Source of the DNA: Patellaria atrata CBS 101060
Taxonomy: Eukaryota
NCBI GenBank assembly: GCA_010093705.1
Contig: MU006094.1
Location: 595,550-659,549 of the forward strand
Reading direction: 5' to 3'
Length of the DNA stretch: 64,000 bases
Translations under genes and position numbers: made by a program
In this document: positions 50,106 through 63,400 of the stretch, piece by piece
Position numbering within the stretch: position 1 is the stretch's first letter
How the letters are laid out: every line of letters begins with the position of its first letter
Notes under the pieces: generated by a model
Told to the model about the DNA's origin: nothing
What the model saw: the letters and a program-made list of their open reading frames with translations, nothing else
The model's database searches: none

Positions 50106-51542
50106 TTAGGTTACGGGAACGTTACATCAATCAGTTCAGTATCTAATTAAACAAGGGGTGTGCCTCCTCAGGTGTTTAGATAAAGTGGTCAATCGTCCCA
50201 ACTTCCTGAACTGGTTTGTTTGAGATGACATCGAGCCGATACTTGCGAGATTCATCTCTGTTGAGACTTATCATCGAGTATATAATATCACGAGGAATTT
50301 GTCATACCTGATCTTGCTCTAACTCAGTTCTCCTATTCGGATAGCTGAGGGTTATGATATATTACACGGATATAGTCCTCTCTGTATGGACTTTGCCGAT
50401 GACTAAAAGGTGTAACAGGCTAGAGCCTAGTGGTATGAGCGCGCCCTGCATCCGAAGATCAGCCAGTAATATTTTCCTCAAACCTGCCTTCAGACTCTTC
50501 TCTTCTTCTTTATCTTGATTGTAGATAGCATCTGGACTAGATAGTTGGAACACAATTACTAGAGGCCGCTCACAAAAGGCACATAACACTTATGTCTGTA
50601 AGAGTAGTTTCTCACAGTTATTAATCAGATTGCGACATGATGATTTCTTTTAGGCACCACGAAGTCTGAACCAGATGTTGTGCTGACACGCCACGCCCCT
50701 CATAGTTCAAACGCCAAAATGTCAGATACCGACCATTAGGGAGTCAGGCCAGAAATTCAGTCAGATCAAAGTAACTGTTCAATCGCTGTGTCTAAGCACC
50801 TTATCCGAAGATGTCCAATTCATTCGTGTTTCCTTCCACCACTGCCACTCCTTACTAAAGTCACGTTCCTTACGTTCTCTTCAATCACAAACTCGGAAAA
50901 TTCTACTCTCGCATCTTCCTAATCACCTGTACTTGTCGAATTTCATGGCACTTTGGTGCAGTAGTACGCGGTACTTGCTCAGGTCATCCTACTGCATTGC
51001 AACTGATCATGTGGCTGCTTAAGGATACTCATTTGGGTTTAAGGAAATGGAATCTGCTATTAATTATCATGTATTCGCCACAGCAAAATCAGTTCATCTG
51101 GTTTTTTGGGACCCCAAGGGGTCTTCTTTTTGGCGTTTTTTTCTTTCGTTATTCATCATAATTTTTATGCTAGTACGTAAGCGATGAGTGAGGGAAGCGT
51201 ATACTAATGATAAAATCGAAGTAGATATCTTGAAGGGGGAATAGATATAAGTCTAATATTAAATCTATGTGCCATGTTGTAAACAGAATTATATAGGTAG
51301 CCTCTTAAATCGACTTTAGTAACTCTAGTATTAGTCTTATTTATTTTGTAGAAATTTAAATTATCAATTGCACACGAGGAGGAGGCTATCATAAGTACAA
51401 CTTTTGTTTTACTTTTTGATTCATTTTATAAAGTTGTCTGACCTCTAGGAGGGAAAAAAGAGAAAGAGCTTACCTTCGGTTTGCTCGGGTCATAATGTGA
51501 AGAAAGCTTACCTGTCCCATAAGAAATAATCCAGTAGTGTAC

Positions 51543-52766
51543 CTACTGATCCTCTTCGGCATTACTTGAGCGCTTCTTTTGCAACGCCTTACTTCGACGA
51601 AGACTCTTTTTTTGTCTTCGCCGTGTTGAAGGTGCCTCCGGTACGAACCTTGTCATCAGGGGGCTCCTATAGTGACGCGGAATAAATTGGTGAGGTAACC
51701 ACACCACAGAATCAATATTTTCTGGAGGTTGATGGTATGGCTCCCATAGCCCTGCATCGCTGTCCAGCGCCTCTTGCTCGAATAATTCGGCTTCAGCCTT
51801 TCGAGATCTCATAGGATCTGACAACGATCCATTATCAGGAGCTTCTAGGGCCTCCCGACGCCAACGTGCTACCGAACGAGTGTTATATCTCGGTACTATG
51901 ATCCCTTGGTTGGCTCGTCTCAATGCTCTACGACGTGCATGTTTCCGTGCTATTTTGGTCATATCCGCCGCTGCAGAGTGTTCGGCTGTAGTGGGTTCTA
52001 CTGTCTCTGATTCTAGACCTATGGCCTTGAAGAAATCATTGTTTACGTTGAGCTCACCAGCTAGATTCGCCAGATCATTTCTTAGGGCGTTGGCATCCAC
52101 CGCTTGTGGAGTAGGACTTGGAGCTGGTGCTGACTCCGGATCAACAGATGACATGGGAGTATTATAGGGTACAATATGCACCGGCCCGTCTATGTCGAAT
52201 TGCGGCGTTCGAAGGAACTCCTGCTCCATCTCGGGATCTTTGTTAGGTATGAGACTATATTCCTCAGGAATAGTCTTCGCATCGGATATATCATGATCCT
52301 CATCGGCATTCTTGGAGTCCCGATGCGAAGTCTCAAGGTCTATCCCCCTTTCGTAGTCCAGCAGAATTCTATAACTTTGTCGGTGGATGGGAGGCTCTTC
52401 TTCATCCCTATGCACTTGAGCAGCATTAGTCTCTTCGGGATTCATTTCTGGTGGTTGTTCAATTCCGTTGCTGCTCTCGCCTCCCTCCTGTTTCCGCAAC
52501 CAGCCAAATATGTTGGTGATCTTAGAGAACGAAGAAAGGGTAGAGAAGATTCCGGATGCCACCGAGGACGTTACTTGGGTTTCTGGAATCCGACCACCAC
52601 AGCAAGGCAAATCATGGGTACGATAATGCCATTCTTCTATGTCTCCGAAACAGGTCGCCAGTCCACTAAAAAGTGTCTGCTGCTTATCGCAAGGACGAAT
52701 TTCCAAGTTATTTGGAAATCTGCTTCCTTCTGCGCATTGCCCATGGTGTTGTATTTCGAGACACAT
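51543..52766 (-). CDS. Hypothetical protein (about 407 aa) with Cys/His-rich N-terminus and basic NLS-like tracts
   Basis: Long ORF 51543-52940; likely start is AAAATG at 52766 (MCLEIQHHGQC...RPC...C...PCC). RKHARRRALRR and RRRQKKSLRR tracts. Confidence 0.65.
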   Translation of the reverse strand: MCLEIQHHGQCAEGSRFPNNLEIRPCDKQQTLFSGLATCFGDIEEWHYRTHDLPCCGGRIPETQVTSSVASGIFSTLSSFSKITNIFGWLRKQEGGESSNGIEQPPEMNPEETNAAQVHRDEEEPPIHRQSYRILLDYERGIDLETSHRDSKNADEDHDISDAKTIPEEYSLIPNKDPEMEQEFLRTPQFDIDGPVHIVPYNTPMSSVDPESAPAPSPTPQAVDANALRNDLANLAGELNVNNDFFKAIGLESETVEPTTAEHSAAADMTKIARKHARRRALRRANQGIIVPRYNTRSVARWRREALEAPDNGSLSDPMRSRKAEAELFEQEALDSDAGLWEPYHQPPENIDSVVWLPHQFIPRHYRSPLMTRFVPEAPSTRRRQKKSLRRSKALQKKRSSNAEEDQ

Positions 52767-55065
52767 TTTATTGTGTGATATAGGTGAATGACAAATCAGT
52801 ATATAGTGAATGGGTAGCTTGAATGCGTTTTGCTTATTGAACCCAGTGTTTGAAGAGAAGATTGGAGAGGTGGAAATTGCAGGAAAGAAGTGGGATAAAA
52901 TTATATTCAATCCTTTACTACTCCTATAATGAGACCACATCGTCTATAAACAGTGCACGTAGCAACCCCCTATGTTCTTTCATGACCATCGACATAGTAA
53001 CAAAAAAAAGTTTTCGACTTCAATAGAATGTCAAGGAAGATATGTTTTGAGACAAGAGGAGACCCAATATTGAACATTGCGTAAAAACATACGTCCCGAA
53101 ATGGCGACTGAGACATGCTTTGTGTTTGATTATATCTGAGTTCTCCAGAGGTGGCTATTCGCATCTTGGTGTGCACAGTAAAATCATATATACTGCAGGC
53201 GTGTATGATTGGAGAATTTTGGGAAGATTTAAGGGATTTAAGAGAAGGGAAAAGATGGTTATGGCTCTCGTTGAAACGCATTTGGTGCTACAGAGGTCAT
53301 GGTGAGAGCAAGCGAGCGAGGCAAAAACCAAACATATCGCTCATAACAATTGCACCGATTTGTTATATGTACATTTTCTATTGAAAGAATGTCTAAATTC
53401 ATTTCAGAAAAGTTCATTCGCGAGGTATTATGAGCTCAGCTCAAGCATAATTTGGTGATTGAGGCTGCAAGTCTTACTAATCTGCTTGTTAGTAGCTCAG
53501 GACTCTTGTTGGAATCAACAAGCAGTGATACACTTTCCTTGATGTTTTTGACACGTCTTGTTTCGTGTCTCTCATCCTTCTACTTCTGAGTTGCCTATAT
53601 GCTAATATGAAAAATTTATTAGATGCCTCTTTCCGCTCTGGGTATTTGTCAGAAAATATACATATAACGAAGTCACGCACCAACGCGTTTCTACTCGCTC
53701 TATTTTGATATTGTCCCATACATTCTTCTCATGCTATACGGTAACAGGCTCGTCGATCAGTATCATCCCCCCTGGTACCCCGGTTGGCAGATAGTGCCGG
53801 CTACCATGTCGCTGGAACGAAAGTGATACGCACATGTGGTGCCGTCTTCAGAAACACCGGGAAATGCTGTCTCAGAGCACTTCAGCTCGAGTGAAATTGT
53901 ACCAATACTTGGAACGCTCGCTTCCTTCAGCATATGGAGACATGCATGGTGCTTTAATCGTCTATGCATTGTACCGAGACATTACTCCTAAGCGGGAATC
54001 ACTAGTTTTACAGCTATATTCAAGACTCTTATATCGCTGGTTACAAGGCCAATGAAAATCTCTGCTGAGCAAGCCAAGGTGGATACCTATTCAAGCTTAG
54101 CAAGTAACTGGGTACTCTATTTTATATTACAGTTATCAGCTTCGGGAAGCAAGCATATTAAATGTTTTAGGATTAGGTAAGGAAGTTCTGTTATAAGCTC
54201 AAATAGAGGACTTGCGTACCATAGGCTGACTCACTTCCAAACTACAGTGGGAAGACATTGTTTGTAGTTTAGCAAGTCAATCTTTTAGGTACATCACCGA
54301 TTTGCATGCATTCCTATAATGGTTTCAGTGATTATTACTTTGAAATGTAGCCGATTGGACACCAGCTTCATGGTCAACACTTCTACACAACTAGTCTTAA
54401 CGGTTGCATGTTTCGTCCACTCCAGTTGTTCAAAGCTTATATGCCACCACGACAGACGTTTTCAAGCCGATTGAGGCTCTCTTCCGATATAGTTAGGCTA
54501 TTTTGGAAGGGCTGTGTAGAACGGTCAGAATACCACAGTTCCCCCTAACTCTCCCCTTCTCAAGTTATATGCTTTCTATACACTTGGTACCGCAGTCCTA
54601 CATCTTAAATAAACTCGCAACGCATATTGTATGAGCATTCGTACAGCTAACAGTCATTTTGTATACTATGTTTCATGAGGTACGATGGAAGTTGAACGCT
54701 CTTTGAAGGCAACTATAACCTTTTACCACTGTTCTGGGTAATATTCATCTAGTGCTCTATCATTTCTTTCCCCACTCTCCTTGCATGGTTTCATTCCGAC
54801 TCTCTGAGCTTGAGCTGCAGCCGTCATCCACCGCGCCACATCAGTCAGTTCGAACAAAGAAATGACAAACACCATTTTGCGAACAGTGAGCACTTAGATA
54901 GTGACACGACTATTATGACAAAGAAGATGAACGGTTGTGCAAAATGCATAATAGGAACAAAGAAAATTTCCTTCTTACAATCCGGCGATGTTTACACTTC
55001 CTTTAACCATTTCGGTCTTCGCATCATTCTCATTATAGTTCAATGAGAGTATTGATGTACAAAGA

Positions 55066-57635
55066 ATGGAGATACATCCACTCGAAGCTATCTACGCCGA
55101 GGAAGCCGTTGCTCCACCATTGTTGCGTCCGTTGTTAAGAAAAGACCCGTTGTGTTCGTCGGACTGGCAAGACCGTACTTTGCCAAAACCTTGGTCTTCA
55201 CATCCTTTCCCAGCTGCGCTGAGAGAGAGAACTGGTGTCGACAACATGTCAGAGATACAAATTCAGCGACTGAATGATCCAAAGATCGAAGATGGGCGGG
55301 GTGGGATCTCCTCGCACATACGCCGAAGGTCGCACAGTATTATCCGTCAACGACGATATTGTCGAAGATCGAATACGCCCCAGGGAATCGAAGTCAATAG
55401 TGTCGAGTCACCCAAGCTAGAAGAGAACTCATTAACGTTAGTGAGAAGGAGGACCGTAGATACTGTACGAAAGGAGGACCACAGCATCGTGACACCGCAA
55501 CAGGCGGATCTCTCAGATCATATTAGGGCAGCTTCAGAGGAATCGAGGGATTCTACAGAGTTAACACCACACGTTTGCCTTTGCCCCCCCGAACCCAAGG
55601 TTCCACGGCCAAGAAATGGTTAGTATATGCTCTCTTTCTCTCCAAATGTTTTTGAGCGTGAATTTTTTTTTTCTTTTTCCGATGCGTTCGTTTTTCTTTC
55701 TTTATATTTTCTTGTGCATTCTTACACTTTTCTTGATATCAATAACTAATCCCTTTCTTTGTAGCCTTTATCCTCTATCGTCAGCATCACCAAGCCAATA
55801 TTGCTGCTCAACACCCAGGTCTTCCAAATCCGGATATCTCAAAGATCCTCGGTGAACAGTGGAAAGCTGAAGAAGATAAAGTGAGAGAGCAGTGGAAAAT
55901 TTTGGCTGGAGTAAGTCTTACTGCACAGACTTAGCTAACTGCAATACTGACCCCGTAAAAGGAGGAGAAGGAGCGCCATCAGGCACAGTACCCCGACTAT
56001 CGCTTCAAGCCCCGTAGGCAGGGACGTAACAATAGCGGAGCCCTTACTAGCAGCGTATTATCAACTTCCCCGGATAGTGGACAACTGTGTGCCAGGTGCG
56101 GAGGACGCAGCATCATATCTCCCACTTACCCTCTTCCACACTATAGGAACAACAGCTTTACAGCAACCCCAGATCTGAGAGACGAAGCATTCGCGAACCC
56201 GAATCCTTCGCTGAATTCACAACATCACGCTTCAAACGCTGCTGTGTCTATTCGAATTCCCTCACCACCCAATTATACTAGAGCTTCTTCAATATCCCCA
56301 TCCCAGATACCACATCTCCCCCGCGTTATTCACTCTTCTCCTCCTACCCCTCGATTCCACCGTGAACTTTCCCACGTCCTACCAGGCCGTCCCAATATCA
56401 CAGAAATCGCACTTCCATCCGCAAAACGAGAAATGCTTTCACCCTTAGGTCCGGACGCGAAGCGTAGACGTATCGAGACTTCCAATCTCCCACCTAGGAC
56501 GCAATACGTCCCAGTGAGCGCTCGGCTAGGCAATGGAACCCCTTTCCCCTTCCCTTCGGGCCCTTATCCTTCCCGTGGCATGGCTACCCCCACTCGTCTC
56601 CCAATGCTACAGCAAAGCATCATCCAGCGTCGCAGTAGCGTTTCCCGCCCTGATACTCTCCTCACACGCCGCTCACCAGCATCTATGGGACCTCCTCCAC
56701 GGCCCAGCCCCAGGCACCTCTCTGCTTCCGCAGCAACAGCATCAAACCTGTCTGCTGCGGCGTCCAACAAGGCGCTTTCAGGTGCTCAACCGGCCGGGGA
56801 ACCATTGAGGCTCGCACCGCTGACGGATCAGTCGCGCTCGGTGGAAGCCATGGTGATGTCGACGCCAGTACTGGGGAAGATTTGGACGCTGCGGCGTATT
56901 GCACCGGCGCTGAAGCAGCCCGTAGATAGTCCGGGCTTCCCGGTGCGAGGAGCTATTGTGGCTGTGGAAGGCGATACGGATGAAGGAGTCGAAGTGATGA
57001 CTAGGTTCCTGGCCGAAGAGTTCAGACGTGAGGATGATGCGTACAAAGTTAGAGTAATGAGGGGCCCGGAGGTACCTAAAGGTACTAGTGAGGTTATGAA
57101 GAGAGATTATTTGAAGGTGATTGGGGAGTGGGAAAGCAAGGGTGAGGAGATGGAGAGATTCATCACCACCCCCATCTCGGTAAGTAACGAAGACGTAAGG
57201 GACAGAAGGGAAGAGGGGGAAATAGTGGAAGATGAGAAGACGAGTAGAATTGCGCAGCCGGAGCTGGAGCAAGATACCGCCAACAAACTGAGCAAGACTC
57301 CCCTGATCCTTCTCCCAACCTATCATCTCCGCGCTTCAGATGCCTACGCATCTCGGATGCCGATCCAAGATAACTACTCACCGATCGACCATTGGACGTG
57401 GATGGCAACGCTATGGCGAGGGATCGTGGGGCCGGATATCACAATTTTCGTCAAGGAGGTTCCTAAGGAAGAGATGGGAAAAGAAAAAGCGGTTGAGTTG
57501 AAAGAAGAAATTAAGACGATACTAGTTCAAAAAGTCAAAGGAGAGCCAATCGGCGAGAGAGAATTAAGAAGGGCAAGGTTTGAAATGGGGGAATGGGTTA
57601 GGGGAATTTGTACAGGGCTCGGGGGAACCCAGTGA
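55066..57635 (+). CDS. HMG-box transcription factor (Rox1-like)
   Basis: VCLCPPEPKVPRPRN|AFILYRQHHQ...PNPDISKILGEQWK...LAG|EEKERHQAQYPDYRFKPRR, with introns 55619-55764 and 55911-55961; C-terminal DHWTWMATLWRGIVGPD. Start codon uncertain. Confidence 0.88.
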
Positions 57636-57935
57636 GATGTAGATTGATACCAAAGATGTGGTAGATCCACGGTAAAATCGTACTCATGGCGTTTATCTTA
57701 ATATATCTGTAATTAATAAATCGAGTTGCACAGGAGATTTTCGCCGGAGGATTGGGATTCTAGGTGAGGCCAAACACATTGTATTCGCTATCAACCCATT
57801 TTTGAGAGATGCGGTGTCATCCGCCCACTTCGACCTATGCGACCCCGGCAATTTCTGTCACTCGATCGTACACGCTACCGTCCGACCCAACCCATGCAGT
57901 GATTAATCGGAAAGAAGAGGCTATTGCAGACCCGT

Positions 57936-58693
57936 TTATGAAGGAGGGGCGCCACGTCCAGCACCACGGCCTGTAATATTATCAGTAGATAATTTTTTGT
58001 CACAAAGAAGCTCTTCAATCGATAGAGATAATGTCAGCTCAACTCACCATAACCACCACGGAACTGCGGCGCAAATTCGCCAGGAGCACCACCCTCCTTA
58101 CCCTCACCACCAGCATCACGTCTTCTGTACTCGCCGCGATCACCGCGGTCACCGCCACGACCGCCGGGACGGGGCCTCCTCTCGCGGTCATCGCCGCCAA
58201 GCATGCCGCGAGGAGGTGCGTGCGAGCGCTGTTGCTTGATGTGGGTCTGGGGAACGATCTCAGCAGGGAGATGGAGCCATTCTCGCAAGTAATCGAGGCC
58301 CTCGGGGGTCAACGTATAGTAGTAGACTTGCCACGAGAAACGAGTCTTGAGGTAGCCACGGGAGGTGAGGGATTGACAGGCTTTGATGACCTATTAGGAG
58401 CTTTATTTAGTCGATGTTGGTAGAATCGTGTTAGGAGACGTACGTAAAGATTCTTAGTATCGATTTGGTCATGCTTGGGGAGATCAAAGTCCTTCTTCGC
58501 AACGAGGACGCCCTCTTTCCTCAATATGTCAGTACAATTTCCCCTGGATATCTGATACGCGCATATTTCATGCTGCAGGAGGACATACCGCGGAAGAGAT
58601 ACTCGTGGATCTTCTTGCGATCGGCCTTAGGAATCAGCCTGCATACATGTCAGTAGAAGTAAGTAGTACAGTAAGTTTGTTGATAACATACAT
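57936..58693 (-). CDS. RPS10: 40S ribosomal protein S10 (eS10)
   Basis: [29 protein letters not shown]...[16 protein letters not shown]...[17 protein letters not shown]...[14 protein letters not shown]; four introns. Confidence 0.96.
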
Positions 58694-59006
58694 GATTGCG
58701 GTGCTCCTTGAAGTTTGAAAAAGAGTGCGGAACCACAACTATTAACTGCTGATGCTTGGTGGAACTTTTGTGTGGTCGGTAAAGCTTCGGATCTTGGTAG
58801 GCGAGTGCAATGCCAAGACACTGTGGAATCAAAGTCCAACCTCCAGTCATGCACCACCGCTTGGAAAGAACAGACTTCTGCCAACCACCTCACTCAGTCC
58901 TCACGTCGCCTTGTTAATTTACTAGAATACAGAAAACTTGCGAAGCTTAAGTATAAGCAAAGTCAAAATCAGAAGAGCGAGCAGACATTCGATTACAGTC
59001 GATACT

Positions 59007-59894
59007 ATGGCGTCAAAGACTGTTAACATACTCTTCACATCATTTCCTGGTCTTGGATTACCTCCTACCCTATCTCTCCCCATCTCATCTTCATCTACGG
59101 TTTCTGATCTTACGGAGTTACTCCATGAGAGAATACCAGCCATCAATTATCGCCTCCTAATAACCACAAACTCCAACAAGTTATTACCTGAAAGTTCCAC
59201 TACACCGATATCGTCCTTGCTTACATCTGAAAATGATACATTTCTCCCTCTCCGCCTCTCTGTACCCTTATGTGGAGGTAAGGGTGGTTTTGGTTCTCAG
59301 TTGCGTGCAGCTGGTGGACGCATGTCCAGCCGAAAGAAGAAATCGAGAGGTGACGAAAATGGCTCCAGCAGAAACCTAGATGGACGAAGGTTACGAACAG
59401 TCACAGAAGCTAAAGCATTAGCAGAATATCTTGCTGTGAAACCCGAAATGGATAGGAAAGAGAAAGAAGAGCGGAGAAAGAGATGGGAACAAGTCCTGGA
59501 AATGGCAGAGAGGAAGGAAGAAGAGATCAAAAGTGGAGGAGCAAAGACAAGATTGGACGGGAGATGGGTTGAGGCGAAGGAGGATGCCGAGAATAAGACG
59601 AGGGATGCTGTTCTGGCAGCACTTAAAGCAGGGGTTATTGGGTCTAACCTTGCGACAATTGGGAGCGACAAATCCAGCACACCATCTGGAGAGAGTGAGG
59701 GGAGCGATAGCGAAATGGAAGAGGATGCAGCAGAATCCTCTACCAAACCCACGCTGTCCCAAAGACGTGTCCCCACTCGCACTTTCTTTGGATGGGAAGA
59801 GGACGAGGATATGAATGAGGATGATAGCGAAGATGACGAAGATGCGATTCCACCCACTCCAGAAGGGAAAGGAAAGGGCAGAGTATCAACATGA
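59007..59894 (+). CDS. SDE2: Sde2 ubiquitin-fold-activated splicing/silencing factor
   Basis: Ubiquitin-like N-terminus ending PLCGG, followed by KGGFGSQLRAAG and SSRNLDGRRLRTV. Confidence 0.93.
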   Translation: MASKTVNILFTSFPGLGLPPTLSLPISSSSTVSDLTELLHERIPAINYRLLITTNSNKLLPESSTTPISSLLTSENDTFLPLRLSVPLCGGKGGFGSQLRAAGGRMSSRKKKSRGDENGSSRNLDGRRLRTVTEAKALAEYLAVKPEMDRKEKEERRKRWEQVLEMAERKEEEIKSGGAKTRLDGRWVEAKEDAENKTRDAVLAALKAGVIGSNLATIGSDKSSTPSGESEGSDSEMEEDAAESSTKPTLSQRRVPTRTFFGWEEDEDMNEDDSEDDEDAIPPTPEGKGKGRVST

Positions 59895-60438
59895 ACCAAA
59901 AATCCGATGCTTTGGTTTGGCCGCTGCCCTCTTTTCTGTACCATTTCACGAGAGAATATGTGTATTGTTTTTTAACATTTTATAAGCACGTCGACGAGCA
60001 TTACCAGGCGTTTAGGATAGCAATAGGGATACCCAATAAAGATTTTTCTTTTTCCCATTCTTTAAAAAGGTGTACTATATGCATACTCCTAGGAATCCTT
60101 GAACTAGCGCAGTTCTTAAGTTGGACCTTGCTCGCGGCTTCTCTAATTTTTGTCATTCGAGGTCAATCGGCGACTGCAGTCGCCACGTAGTCCCAATTCC
60201 TACTTTATTATACCTATCCTTAACTTTGACATAAACTTTTATCCACATACACACTTATGTGTACATGTACTACTGCGCAAGGTCCATGCTTCATTTCAAC
60301 GCTTGCACACTTAGCTTCGATCCTTACACTCCCATTTACACTAGCATCGTTGGAAAATAAGTAGTGAAGAATCTCTACTCCTAGTGGTACCGTTTACTCA
60401 TCGGCTTAAGATCTCTCTGGGAGGGTTTCGAAGCATCT

Positions 60439-63400
60439 ATGGGGAAAGGAAAGAAAAAGGGGAAATCGAAGAAATCGAAGGCCAAGCAAACCGTGTCCGA
60501 GGACCCTCAGGACATTCAAAGGAAAGATAGCCCATCTCAGACCTTGGAAACACCGCCATCGCCAGTCTCTGCACATTCATATGCAAGTGCTATCGTAATC
60601 CCGAACGCAAATGCACAAGGACAATCCAAAGGGAAACAGAAAGCTCAGGAGCATCGGAGTGGCCGAATCCCATCCAACCCTCCTCCGAGTTACTTTTTAC
60701 AAGCAGCACGCCTCGCTCGATTAAAATGGCATGAATATATCTCCGCTATCACAGGCAACTATACAACATGTCTCAAAGAAATTGTCATTAGAAGCTTAGT
60801 GGAAGAGGTTCTAACAGATCCTGAAGACCCCGGTTTGGATGAGATTATTGAAAGATTTAAAGCTCTTTTAGACCTGGTGAGCACCGCAGAGCAGAGGAAA
60901 ATATCTACAAACGGAATATATTCAACTAACACCCGGGCAACTCATACTATCGACGCTTTAAATCCTAAGGGAGCTTCCTCAGTAGGCCTTAGTACTACCC
61001 GTCCCAACAAGAGCACAGCTGGATCAGATCCTTCATTTTCCTCTCCCATAACAGGTTTAAAGACGCGATTATTAGAGTTTCAGAAACACGTAGCAGAAAA
61101 ACTTCTGCATGATGCTGAACAACTGCGCCTGAAGCAGGTAAAAAAGCTCGAGCTTGTATCAAATCTTAGTAAAGAGGTCTCCAATCTCTATCAGATTGTA
61201 TGTACCCTCCTTGAAGAGACTGAGACCGTGGAACATTCCTTAGACAAGGTAGATGACTTTCCCACAAAGGGAAACTTTCTAGACACGATCAACAGTATTC
61301 AAGACTTAGCTATTGCGAATTCTCATCAGTTGGAATCGGAAGATAACACAGATACGAGTTCCTACATCAGTACTAGTCGTACTATGGGAACTAATCCAGG
61401 ATCAAGCGGGACACAAGAAGACTATGCAGTATCCCCAAAACATACCACTTCTAGCAACAGTTTCAGACACGATATCCTATCCACACCCAAGCAATCACAC
61501 ACTCCAGCCAGATCTCACAAACTAGCGGATAACATAAGCGAAAATAAGATAAACCAACTTACCATAGCGGGTCAGAAGAGAGTCGACTCAGTAGCATCCC
61601 TTAAGAATACGAGTCCTAGCCGCAGCTCCGATATTGATAAGGAAGAACTTCCAGGACCAAATAGGAGGACCAAATACTCTGAAACGTATAGTTCACCATC
61701 AGGGTCCCTGTCTCTCGCTGGTAATACCCTAACCGAGAAGTTGGTAGTAAGAGGCTCTACGAAAATATCTTCCACCAACAATTCACATTCAGATACCCCG
61801 AAGCAACATCCAGGGCCAAGCATCACAAAGGGGAATCCCACACTACCCAGTTTGCCACCAATGACCCATTTTGACACCGAAAATGTGAGTTCTAAGATAT
61901 CGATATCGTCCCACTCGCTTGCATTGGTTCCTCCGCCACCTGCAAAGCCGAGCCCTGATATATTGGCATCGTCCCCATCATCTCTATGGTGTTCCCTGCC
62001 CACAGCCCAGGTCGAGATTTCTACAACTGAAAGACGGAGTTCTGATGTGTCGGTACCACCGTCTTCAATGCCACCATCTCGGCCCCCCGAAGTTCAATTT
62101 GAGTATTCAGCTGTTGCGGTGCAAGGGTTCCGCGAAGCCACCCTCAGAGAAGCACGTTCGCTATCAACAACCCGTTCTGATACTCCAAAGGTGGATCCTG
62201 AGCTATCAGCATTGTCACCCTCACTTCCATCAGTTCAGTCCTCCAAGCCCCATCTCGGGGGTTCCCCTATCGCAGAGGAAGCTTTCCAGGGCCAGGCCTA
62301 CATAGGATTCAGTTTGCCATCAAGTTTTGAGCTTGGAAAATCTACTCCTATAGAGAAAGCGATATCAGGATGTAAGACAGAGACGAGTTCCAGAAGGACC
62401 TCCAGCCATACTATTGAACTGGTTGATGGTCCAGGTGAGATAAATATCGATTCCACGGAACCCTATTTATCATCAACAATCCAAGTTGAGGGTTCCACGA
62501 TGGCAAATTCGGAACATGATGTACCGATATCGTTGCCATCATTTCCGCCAGTTTCAATCGCCACGGGCCACCCCGAGGTCTCTACCACGCCGGAGCTAGT
62601 CTCGCAGGAACCACCCTCAACTGGACCCAGTTCATCCTCACTTCCGCCAGCCTCAATCACCATGAGCTACCCTGAGGGTTCTACTACGCCGGAATTAGTC
62701 TCCCAGGAGCCACCCTCCGCCAGGCCCAGTTCGCCATCACTACCCGAACCAGGGGTTTTCGCTAACGAGCAGAAGGAACTAATATTAGATACAATTTCTA
62801 GCAGCAGTCCTAGTCATGATACGGAGAAAGCTCCAGAACCAAAGGAGATATGGGTACACTTTACGGGGCCTGAATTGCCAAAACTTATCCCGTATGAGGG
62901 TCTCACTACTGGAGAGCAATTAAAGGAGACATGGGTACACTTTACAGGACCCGAACTGCCAAACCTCGTTCGGTTCGAGGGTCTCACCGAGGCAGAGAAG
63001 ATATTGGATGTAACTATATGGGAGCGTCCGTCTCCCCCTCTTCGTCTTCCCTCCCCTCCGATCAACGGTCCCACAATACTGGAGCAGACTTCCCAGGAAA
63101 CCACAATCGCGGAACCTGATTCGATGTCAGCGGACCAGTTCGAGGTTTCCTCTACCACAAAGCCAAGTTTTGATATATCAAGCTTGTCACCCCCACCTGT
63201 CTGGCATGTTCTACCGGAGTCGCAGTTTGTGGTTTCCACCGCACAGGAGAAGGCGGAATCAGAACTTCAATACACAACTGCCAACTGCGATTCCAATGGT
63301 GATATGGAGCAATTCGAAGGTCAACCGAACCAAAAAATGCTAAAGGGAAAGTTAGTAGAGCATCATTCACCATCGATAACTCGGTTCGGCTTTCCATCGA

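Noticed and set aside
51180..51440. AT/TpA-rich patch as a RIP-degraded transposon
   Set aside because: No terminal repeats or coding remnants are recognisable.
55066..57635. HMG gene as mating-type MAT1-2-1
   Set aside because: The long Rox1-like architecture does not fit, and there are no APN2/SLA2 neighbours.
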